From: Selaginella moellendorffii
Taxonomy: Eukaryota; Plantae; Lycopodiophyta
NCBI RefSeq assembly: GCF_000143415.4
Contig: NW_003314530.1
Coordinates: forward strand, 1-15,232
DNA length: 15,232 bases
Direction: 5' to 3'
Part shown: positions 1 through 10,011 of the stretch, piece after piece
Position numbering within the stretch: the stretch's first letter is position 1
How the letters are laid out: every line of letters starts with the position of its first letter
The notes under the pieces: model-generated
Seen by the model: only the letters and a program-made list of their open reading frames with translations
Told to the model about the DNA's origin: nothing
The model's database searches: none
Translations under genes and position numbers: made by a program

Positions 1-650
1 TCAAACCTGATCTTGGTAGAGTTTTCGATCTCATAACCTCCCTCTCGGGCCGCCCTTTTCAAGTCATTAGATTCTGGAGTTCTAGACGAAAACTTCGACC
101 CAAATTTTCCTCCAATCTCCAGAGCCACCCTGCACACCTCGTCATCCGCATTCTCCACAGCAAGCCTATCCAGAAGCTGCACAATTCCAGGTCTCTGTCT
201 CGGCGAGCAAAAACTCGAGGCTGTGATCACAGCAAGGCGAGTCTCCACAGTGAGTGCATGATTCAAAGTCGTGAGCTGGTCCTTGATCCGAGCAGTGATC
301 TCTTTAGTGCGTCGGTTTTGCTTGACAAGCCCTTGTCCAAAAAATGCCTTCAACACACCGGCATCCAAGTTCCCACTCTTGGTCGAGCCAGTAAATCTTT
401 GAATCTTCACATTCGCGGCTGCCAATTCCTTTCCAAGCTCCTCTATGACGACTGATCTCACCCGGGTGATAGGGCCAGACTCACCTGCTGCTTGAAGATC
501 CAGTAACAAGCTCCCCGCATGATCTACACAAGAGACTAGATCTTGCAGCTTGAGTGGTGCATTTTTAAGCTCTTCCCTCACTTGGAGTATGTGTCGCACA
601 AGTTTTATTGCCATATCTACCAAGCCGACCACATTTCCTGCCGTGTCCAT
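1..650 (-). CDS. 5' part of a protein with a putative HeLo-like/MLKL-type four-helix N-terminal domain; continues beyond the left edge
   Basis: Manual translation from ATG 650 gives 216 stop-free codons to the edge: MDTAGNVVGLVDMAIKLVRHILQVREELKNAPLKLQDLVSCVDHAGSLLLDLQAAG...EITARIKDQLTTLNHALTVE...GGYEIENSTKIRF. It is absent from the ORF track, presumably because no stop lies in the window. An amphipathic first helix followed by KNAPxxLxxL resembles HeLo-like/STAND N-terminal domains (by-eye match). Confidence 0.6.
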   Translation of the reverse strand, partial: MDTAGNVVGLVDMAIKLVRHILQVREELKNAPLKLQDLVSCVDHAGSLLLDLQAAGESGPITRVRSVVIEELGKELAAANVKIQRFTGSTKSGNLDAGVLKAFFGQGLVKQNRRTKEITARIKDQLTTLNHALTVETRLAVITASSFCSPRQRPGIVQLLDRLAVENADDEVCRVALEIGGKFGSKFSSRTPESNDLKRAAREGGYEIENSTKIRF

Positions 651-805
651 CTTACATGACCTATGGTATGCCTCCTCCTTTCATCCTAGAATTCCAGTGA
701 AAGTCAACACGGAATGGAATTATTCGAGCCATTGTGAAACATTTAAGTCAGTAAAGATGCCCTTGTTGAAAAGTAAAAAGGTTTTAAGAAGATTATAAGG
801 GAACG

Positions 806-2103
806 ATGGACGTGTTCTACAGCGATCCGTCACCTTGTGCGGCAATGGCTGCGTGCCACTGCGAGCCATTGCGAGCCATTGCCAGTCGATTTGGGCTACA
901 ATGGAGATTTGCACATCGAAAAGGTGCGATCAGAAACAAACAGGGATGGCAGCCAGAGCCAACCGTTCCAGATCGGTGGGTATTATGGCCCATTCTCAGC
1001 AGGCGATTCATGTGCACTGGAGGTGATGTTTTGGAGATCCGGCTAGAGAAGCTATTGCATACGTCCCGCTCCATCGCCGGTTACAGTGCCATCGATCTCA
1101 CCACAGGCGATCAGCTTGTTCTCAAGCTGGACTACGAGGCCGACATGAACCTCGGTGTTGAAGTTTCAGCGTTGGCGTCGCTTTGCAAGCGAGGGATCAA
1201 GTCGCCCAGCTTGCCCGTGCTTGTCAGCGATGGCTGCTTCCGGGCATGGGGAGTTGCTACCGAGCACAGCCAGTTTGGTGACGTGCATGGGCTTGTCACA
1301 AAGCCGCTGGGAGGCATGAAGTTCCATGGGGGTGTCTTGTGCAAGTTGGCGTTTGACATCCTCCTGGGGCTATACCACCTTCACCTGATCGGCTGCCGGC
1401 ACAAGGACGTCCACCCCCGCAACATGATCCTCTTGGGTGGCAACCAGTTCGCATTGATCGACCTCGAGTTTGCTTGGTGCGAGGACGAGGAGAAGATCTC
1501 GGCATTGCAGCTGAACATGTTCACGACGACGAAACCCTCCCTCCGTCGGACTGTCAGGCTCTTGTTTTCCGCTTGGTGGAGCTCTCCCAAGAGCGGCCTA
1601 CTGTGACTATGGAGGCCGCTATCCAGATGCTGGAGGCGGAGAGTGGAACGCTAGGCGACTTCGCAGCCTACGTTTCCAGGCTCGATCGCGATGCTTGGCC
1701 TGATTTCAAACAGTGGCTGCATCGCCTCGGGAAAGCTTGCGGCCTGAGTGATGCACGTATCGAAGATTTGTTGGCAGGACGGGTATCTTCGGCAGAGTTT
1801 GGTCCGCGGCCTGTGGAAGTCGCTCCCAAACGTCCGGTGGAGCAGCCTTGGGACAACAGGCCTGTTGCGATCTGGGTCAAGTTTGTGCAGCAGCTGGGCG
1901 CCTTTGCTTGTGGGGAGGGCGCGTTTTTCCCACTGGAAGGTGTGAAGGCCAAGTGGACGCTAGATGGGGTGGAGGTGGCAGGGCGTGCAATTGGAGCCAG
2001 GGAAAACCTCGAGGAAGTGTTAGCATGGAGTGGGCACAAGGGAACGCCCGATGATCCTTCGGTAATCAGTGGCAGGCCTCGTATGATCGTCGGCACAATC
2101 TAA
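806..2103 (+). pseudogene. Divergent non-RD protein kinase-like gene (FunK1/CK1-like flavour) split by a frameshift near 1500, with an extra C-terminal domain
   Basis: ORF 806-1606 has the beta3 Lys (LVLK), alphaC Glu (VEVSAL), catalytic loop HKDVHPRN and a DFG-equivalent (LIDLEFA). The subdomain IX-like segment (AAEHVH...SDCQALVFRLVEL) is in another frame (ORF 1474-2103). No plausible intron bridges the two frames. The true start is uncertain. Confidence 0.65.
841..890. repeat. Degenerate 10-bp tandem repeat with an inverted copy
   Basis: gcgtgccact/gcgagccatt/gcgagccatt/gccagtcgat at 851-890; ggcaatggct (841-850) is the reverse complement of 874-883. Confidence 0.6.
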
Positions 2104-2440
2104 ATTCTCTAGTGATCTAGAGATGTTCGCTCTTTAAAAAGTAGTTCGCGCTATATCCAACGGCTGGCGCTTGCTTAGCCGCCCGTCAGAAGCCCTAATC
2201 TTGATAGAATATTCGCATTAGGGCTAGAGAATATTCGTTTTTAAAAAAGGGACCATGTAAGAAAAATCAAACGACAAAACGCGGACAATGTATATCTGTA
2301 CAAAAACAAGAACAAACCTTGTTTCCACATTCCTTGTTTTAGGATGATTAGCCCACCGCGATGAGCTAATCATCGTAAAACAAGATGTGGCTCCTTCCCT
2401 TCTCTTTCCTTTGTTTTTCGTCCCTGCTCTCTCTTCTTTC

Positions 2441-5400
2441 TCAATCGTCGTAGGGGCCTTCAAAGTTAACGGGCCTCGTCTTGAGCCAATGCATCATCTC
2501 CGAGTCTGGATAGCCGCGTCGCTGCACGGCATCCAGCATTGGACTCCCAAACAGCCCTCTGTTACTCTTGAACTCCCAAAACTGTGACTTTGGCCACTGC
2601 TTTTGAGGCCAGCGCTCCTGCGCAACAAGAACCAAGTTAGCCACAGAGAAACGAGAGAAACGCATCGAGCGTACCATTCGCGGGAACATTTCTTCTCGAA
2701 ACCTGGAGCCGTACGCACGCCGAGAATCTTGCTGCAAGCCCTTGGCGTAGCAGGACGAGAAATCCGGGAGCACCAGGCAGCCTCTTCGTTGCTGTACAAG
2801 GCTGGCACCAGGATCAGCGCATGTCTGCTTGAACCAGGATATGAGCTGCCCAAGCACGTACTCCTTATTGTACGTCTTCTTCCACTTGTGGCAAGAGGGA
2901 GGATTGACATGCTTGCCAAGATCCAGGGAGCTTATTTCAATCGGAGGGGACTCAAAGGTGCCATACTCCTGCGGTAAAATATGCGTGATGAGACGATCAA
3001 CACAAACCATAGACACGCATACCTCGCACGTAAAGAAGCACTGAGTGTACGCGTACATCTGAACCAGGTCTGCAGCTGCATCATGTCTTGACAACACTGT
3101 CGGCTCCAAACCTCGCAGCGTATCTCTTAGCCTAAAGAAATCGTCAGCAAGAACAACACAAGAAAGAGAAAACGTACCATAAGAGTGACTCCCGGAGGCT
3201 TCCCCCGTCGTCTCTTTCGTCTGGCGTATGCTCTTGAACCTGCCGCTTCAACTCAGCTAATCTATCCGCCGGGATGTGTGGCATCATACAGCTAAGCAGC
3301 TCGTTCACAATCGAATTCTCTGCACTCCACAGCCGCGAAACGAGTTCCTTCTGATCGAGCTTTTTCAAAAGAGGTGGTGCCTCCCGAGGATCCGTGAACA
3401 GTTGCCGCAGGACGTACCTCACCTGAAACCGGCAAAAGAAAACGCCGTCAATAAAAGAAGATCACGAAGAAGAGAAAAAAGAGGAACATTTACTTTGTCA
3501 AGTGTGATGGCAATGTTTTGCAGCCTTTGATTGTAGACACCCTCGGCCTGTAAACAACAGAGGTGGGTTACAAACATCCAAAGTCCCCTTTGATGTGATT
3601 TCAAACCTGGTTCTCGGCGTCGACTCTACCGAGTTCATAAGATAAATCGGCATCCTTTCTCTTCTTTTTAACACTTCTCATGAGCTCGTCAGGCAGTAGT
3701 TGCCGTTCCAGATTCATAAACTCCACCTACAAAAACATGAGTGGAGATCAAAGTTTAAAATTTAAAACATACCAGTCGGGCCGTATATTTTAGCAACCAA
3801 TCCGGCAAGCCGTCCAGAAGACAAGATCCAACACCCGCCTGCCTCATCTCTTCGAGCTCCAACCTTGTCACCGGCCCCTCACAGCAGGCTTCAAGAAGTA
3901 GAACATGCCGGTCCAGTAGACCATGCCGCTCCTTGATAACATCTTGTGAAGCTCCCGCATTAGCAAGATTAAGATAGCTCCCACGACAACACTGGCTTCC
4001 GCACAAACAGATTGAGTTGTTGTACTCCTCTTTGCTCTGTAAGACGACGTGTCAGGCTTGCACAAATCATAAAGAGAAAGAGAGTGAACTTCACCTCCGT
4101 CACAGAATTATAGTCGAAAGTTAGTTCTTCACCATTCTGGATAGGTCGTAGAGCATAGACTCCAATAATGTATCGGCCTTTGACGGCAGTGACCCTGACA
4201 AACCCGTGTTAGCACATAGGACTGATTTAATTGAGTGAAGCTTACTTTGCCTCGCAGTTTGGTCTGCATGAGTGACATATCCGACTTGCAAAATTTGCTT
4301 TGTGCATGGCATCCACGACTACAAGATCGTAGCCAGCAGCATCACCCTATAACCGCATTTGATCAGTAACTGACGCTCAAGAATCAGGGTAAGCACCTTT
4401 GGCCGTTCCAATAGAATGTTGTAGAACTCTGGCAAAGGTTCTTTATCTTTCTTCTGCAAATACCGGCATCCGTCCTGTTTCTCATACCATCTCCAGGCAG
4501 GATACACCTATAATTGATTGACAGAGTTAAGTGGGAATTAAAACAAGTAAACGTGTACCTCCCCAAAGAACTCCACAACAAAGTCGTCCTCCTTAAATCC
4601 ACCGTCCTTGTTACAAACCACCCCGAGGCCCTGCAGTGCAATTAATAAGTATGCCTTAACATGCACGCGCACGGCAGTGAGCATACCTTGCGATAAGCTA
4701 AATACTTCTCCTTTGTACGATTGCGCATGTTAGAGAGAAGCCCTTGGGCAAACTGTTGCATGGACGTATCTTGAGCGTCATCTACGATTCGTTGTATGAC
4801 GGGTTCCAGTGAAAAATCAATCGGCGCTTTTCCTGTACCGGTAAACTGTTTTACCTCCTTGTTTATGGCTTGGAGCAATGTCTGCAAACAAACTGTAAGT
4901 CGCCAAGGACAAGAAACATTCTGAAAGATCATACCTCTTCCATAAACTGCAGTTTCTCTTGAAGTGTCATCGCTGGAATCTTTGGCATAGTATCCAGAAG
5001 AAGATTATGTGTGTACGGGTCTATTCCATAAACCTCCTGCTCCATGACTTCCACCCCCAATTCTCTTCGAGGGTGGTAGTTCTTGATGTCAGGAATGTCT
5101 AGATGGCTGTATTCACCACGCTTCAGCTTTGAAGCCCTTAGCTTCTCCTCATAGTCGTCTGGAACCTCGACTTGCATCTTCCTTTCGACCAAGTCTTTGT
5201 CTATGACTATCCAGTAGTCCTCAATAATCTCATACTTCCTGGTCACCGGTGGCACCATCGCTGCCTTGGTCATGCGCGCACCCCATTCGCGTACATCGCA
5301 TGCATACTCGTCCACCTCGGTGAATTCTTCATCCAGTACGACAGACTTCACTGAACGTCTTAGCTTGTTGAGCTTCTTCGTCACCGTAGTTTTCCGTTTG

Positions 5401-8400
5401 CCTTTCAAGTAACCATTATCCTTTAGGACCTTTATATCGGTGGTCACCTTAACCCGTTTGTAGCCGCTGTGCTGCGTCATGGAATCGATGTCCTGCTCGT
5501 TGCTGTAGCATGGGTCTATGTCCATCGGCTCTGACTCATCCACGTCTTCATCGTCCTTACTTAAGCTACAAGTGCCGATGGAGTTCAAGCTTTTCATCTT
5601 GCGATGGGAATCATCGCTTCCCTGAGTTGCACTGTCGGACACCTCACTGTCGTCGTATACCCAGTTTACTTGAGGAAAACTGTGACTAAGGTCGCCGAAC
5701 TGGTCACAGCCGTTGATATCAACATCTTGAATCGTCGGACAAGCCTCCAAAAACTTCCCGAGAGCATCCGGACTGAGCACCGTGCAATCCTTCAGCAGTA
5801 TCTGCTTCAGGTTGCCCCCACCGTAATTTTGTTGCTGTTTAGTAGGATGATTAGCCAACCAGTGAAAGAAAGAAACTTTCGCATACCTGGACCGAAGACA
5901 AAACAGCATCTGTGCAATGCACTCCGATGGACGTAAAATCGAGGCATTTCACTTTTGGCTTGAACTTCTCAACAGCAGCGCGCCAGGATTTGCAGGTCAT
6001 AGAAATCAATGCCAGCGATTTCAAGTCCCCTTTAAGATGATGGTAGATTCGCATCAGCATCAACTGTCCTAGTGTCTCCCAGCTGTTATTCTGTCCCGCC
6101 TCGTACAAGTGCTCATCCGATGAGTCAAAAACGTCGTTGCGGATCAGACGTCGCTGTCTTGTTCTTCTTCCTGTCGGGAGTTCATCTTCCGACGATTCTA
6201 CATCGTCATTGTAAACCAGACGCCGTTTTCTGGAAGTCTGCTCCTGGCTCAATCCGTTAGACCTGAATAAAGGCCTTCTGTTGGGACGATGATCTTGGTC
6301 ACCTACGAAAGAACAGTTAGGCATTACAGTAAACCATGGGAAGCAAATAAGCGTACCATCTTCGCGTTCGTCACTTGTGTCATTGGAGCTCGAAGGCGAG
6401 GGGTGAGACCTTCCATATCCAATCCAAGAATCTTCGCCGGAGAGCAAAGCTACTGTAGAGCACGTTGAAAGCCTTCTGTTCGACTCTATGAGCTTTGCAC
6501 GAGCATCTAAACCTTCGAACAAAATCGCGGACATCACCTGATTTTTGTAGTGCTTCATAACGTGTTCATGTAGCTGGCCGCTGGTGAAGGCCATGATAGT
6601 CTGCTGGATATTTGTGGTCACGACTTTCCTCACGCGTCGGGCACCATCAAAACTGGAAGTGGTCACCTCTGTCACGTTGAAGTTGCCATCATCCATCTCA
6701 GGCCGCGGGAGTGGCACCCAGAGATCATCACTCTTCCTATAAGCGCTGGTACCCGGTATTAGGAGCTCTCTTCCAACCATTGCTTGCAGTTCAGCAAATG
6801 AGTACGGGCCTCTTTCGCGACCACCTCCATCCTTGTAGAACCAGTCTCCTCTACCAAGATCATGGTTGCATTTAGCCTTGATATCTGCAGAGCATGAAGA
6901 CGGTCTCTGAGCTTTCCAAGAAAACGTTCTTGCTGAAGGTGTGTGCCTTTCAGGTGGTAGTGTCTTAGGACGCGTATCGCTGAAAGATGCCTTCTTCGTA
7001 AGGAAAGAGCTCGGTCTTTCCATGCTTGCTCTCTCCGGAGCAATCTCTTTTCCATGGTCGAAAGCCCTGGTAGCAGTCTTCGCTGGCCTGGTTGCCGAAG
7101 CTGATTTCGTCGTTTCAGCACTTGAATCCGCCTTCTGACTTCTGTCTAGTGCCCACTGTGGCAGCTCAAACTTTGGTCTTTCTGACACCTGGACCTGCCT
7201 CCTGGGATCAACCCCGTAATGCGAACGTTCGCAGAGCAAAGAACCCTCATTCAAAACCACCTTGACGTAGTTCTGACCATCCGGATGAAGCAACTTCCAG
7301 TCTCCTCCCTTGGAAGTCCATCTACCAGGCTTCCACTTCAATGGACTTGGATTGTGGTCGTGATGATGCAAGTCCTCCTCGGTTGACGGCGGAGGAGCAG
7401 GCACCGGCTCGGGTGGCACAACTCTGGAAACCGCATCTAGACACTCCAAATCAGTATCAACGCCGAATCCGAGGTTGTATGAGTCCTTCCACGGATTACT
7501 CAGCTCAGGCGCAGCAGAACCTGCAAAAGCCAATTACGCGTTAGCGAATATCGACCGCAAAAACCATCTTTTCCACAACCTTCGTCTGGTGAGTGTTGTC
7601 GCTGTGCATCCAACGCACCTGGCACAAAACACAAGTCAGTGGCCCGTTAAACGCCTTACGATACTTACTAATTAATAGCACAAAACTTACTCAATACAGA
7701 TTTCAGCTCGTTTCCTTGGTCCGAGGCACGACAGGTCGCAAGTATCCTCTCCACCCTTCCGTCAATGTCCAAGAACTCAAAAGACTCATTTTGGAACTGC
7801 TCGTTTCCATCGATGGTCGATTCCGCCAGTGTAGCATCTTTTGCATTTCTAGTAGCAGCGACAGGATTTACCAGCCTCTGTAAGGCCGACGAACCGTTGT
7901 CCGGAGACTGTGCATGCTCTAGAGTGATCCAGGCGTTTGTCCCGCAGCGCATCACCAGGTGGTCGTCTGGCATGAACTCCCTGGACGCCAGCAGCTTCAA
8001 TGCAGCCAGCTCCATAGGCCCCTGCGTGTCTCCATTCTTGTTGATGTACACCCACCCGTCCTTCACCTCTCCAGGCTCATACGTTTCATCTCGGTCTTCC
8101 TGTTCTTGTCCATCACTTTCGATCTCCATCGCAACATGAGTTCCCGGATCACCTAGAACAGGCTGCAGGGCAGCCACAGGAGGCGGAGGTGTAGAAGATT
8201 CGTGCTCTACGGAAGGAGGCGGCAAATGGTGACTAGAGGAAAGAAAAGCCGATCCTTCATTCGCTTGGAATGCCGGGACCGCCGCTTGTACACTGGTAAA
8301 CCTGCTACTTGAATCCCACTGCCCGCTACTGCTACGATAGTCATCCGAGTGCCATTCCTCCGAGCTTCTGACTTGCCTCCGATCTCTTTCAGCACCTCGA

Positions 8401-9539
8401 ATCCAGTCCCTGCGCTCAAACACTTCCCGATCACACCTGCGATCTCTAGCATCGTAGCTCTCTCTACTCTCGGAGCGATTTCCCCAGTCCCGATGATCCC
8501 TGCTACCGCGTGAAGCACACCAATCACCCCGACGCTCGAAGCCATTCCTAGTACCAAATCTGTGAGGCCCCCTATCGTAAACCGCTGAACGCTCGTACGA
8601 AGAGCTCTTGTACTCTAAGCTCGGCTTCACATCGTTTCTATAGTAGTTATCTTTGCGGATGTTCCCCTGGATCGTCACACACCTCCGGCTGTCATTGTAT
8701 CTCCGGCTTCTCGAGTCATGGTCCGCGTAACCATTTCCATAGCTGCTCGAAGAAGAGATCATAGAGGCCCTCCGAGAACCGATGGTGTGTCTCTCGTCAA
8801 GATCATTGTCTTGACCATAAGCTAAATCGTTCCCGGACTCCGATTGAGCTCCCTGCTTGGTGGGCGATGGATCCCATCGAGTTTTCCTGCCACCCCGCCC
8901 CTTATCTTCCTTGTCTTGATGCAGCGGGAGAGCGTTTTCCAGCTCCCTGTCTGAGCGGGAAAAATGGTTTGACTCGCCCAGGTGAGAATCCATGCCGGAG
9001 CCGCGAGAAAATTCTTCCTGGTGCTCTCTAGCGTCCAGTGAGAGAGTGGGCTCGTCTACTTGGTTGGCATTCTGGAAATTGAGATCCAGGGGAGCGCCCG
9101 GAGATCCAGGGGGTCGATCTGGGCTCGACACCATAGTCACTTCCTCCTCCTCAATTTCATACTGGTGTACCAAATCTCGCGACAAGCTTGGTAGCACTGA
9201 AGAACAAAAGGGAAAGAAAGAAAATTGCAAAAAATTAGTCAATTGAGACACTGGGGAGAAAGAACGCGAGCTTCGTCCTAGGGTTGAGGAGGAGAAATCG
9301 AAGCAAAAAGAAAGAGGGGCTCATGCCAGCTCAACCCGCAATCGACCATGCAGCAAACAATGACGAGAAAATCCCACTCCACAAGCCAGGAATCACAGCT
9401 CAGGCAAGATCACGCTAGGTCTTCCACCCCGCGGGGCATGGACAGACGGGAAAAACCCCAGCCCAGTTCCCTGTGCCAGAATCAGCCACACAAACAAGAA
9501 AGCACGAAATTTGGGCAGCGGAACCTCACCCTCGCCCAT
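2441..9539 (-). CDS. ATXR3: Histone-lysine N-methyltransferase ATXR3/SDG2 (H3K4me3 writer): two GYF domains, F-box-like/LRR region, SET and post-SET
   Basis: Hand-built GT-AG model, exons 9530-9539, 7691-9196, 7580-7618, 6357-7520, 5887-6302, 4935-5834, 4687-4881, 4559-4630, 4397-4507, 4246-4346, 4095-4194, 3773-4036, 3607-3726, 3494-3547, 3178-3422, 3023-3131, 2675-2968, 2441-2617; total 5877 nt, in frame. Motifs: EWGARMTKAAMVPPVTRKYE, QEVYGIDPYTHNLLLD, SET (GLGVVCNK...FVVEFFGEVYPAWRWYEKQDG...ANFASRICHSCRPNCEAK...GEELTFDYNS), post-SET CLCGSQCCRGSYL, C-terminal GSPMLDAV. The first exon and the 39-nt exon are the least certain. Confidence 0.93.
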
Positions 9540-10011
9540 TGCCGTAGCTGCGCGCCGTGCATCGCTGCTGATTGCGCTCCCCCGACCTAAGCGCAGCAGG
9601 AAAAAAGCGCCATAGCCGCGAAGATTACGAGCGCGCGGAGGGATTGCAGAGCTGCCCGACGATCCTGCTGCTTGGCGCTGTGGCTATGGCGGCTCCTCCT
9701 CCGCCTTCCCTCCCCAAAGATCTGTCACACACGATTGATGACGCTGGCGTTGGCCCTAACCCTGTGAAGCTTCAGGGGTTAGGGCTGCGCAGTATAAGCC
9801 TATCGTTAAAAAGAAGAAATAAAACTAAAGGAAAAACTGGAACCTTTTACCAAAGTTTACTGTTATCTACTTGCCAAACGTGGAACTTTTAAATTCGTTG
9901 CCGTACATTTCACCGTAGAGGCTACGGAATCTTGCCCTAACCCTACCTTTGGCGATGGCGCTCAAAGCGAGATGACGCTCGCTGGTTCTTTGCTCCTCCA
10001 GCGGCGGCGCA
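9540..10011. promoter_or_regulatory. Likely bidirectional promoter/5'UTR region between ATXR3 and the CCCH gene, with telo-box-like CCCTAA/TTAGGG motifs
   Basis: Divergent predicted starts at 9539 (-) and 10012 (+). ccctaaccct at 9754 and ~9935, ggttaggg at 9777, AT-rich core at about 9806-9895. Confidence 0.55.

Noticed and set aside
258-914. Short ORFs 258-455, 550-798 and 720-914
   Set aside because: No recognisable motifs; they overlap better-supported frames.
2441-9251. Treating the 527-, 560-, 326- and 222-aa ORFs as separate genes
   Set aside because: They join by phase-consistent GT-AG introns into one ATXR3 gene.
9955-9975. Six-codon upstream ORF (MALKAR*) before the CCCH gene
   Set aside because: Transcription start is unknown and such short ORFs arise by chance.
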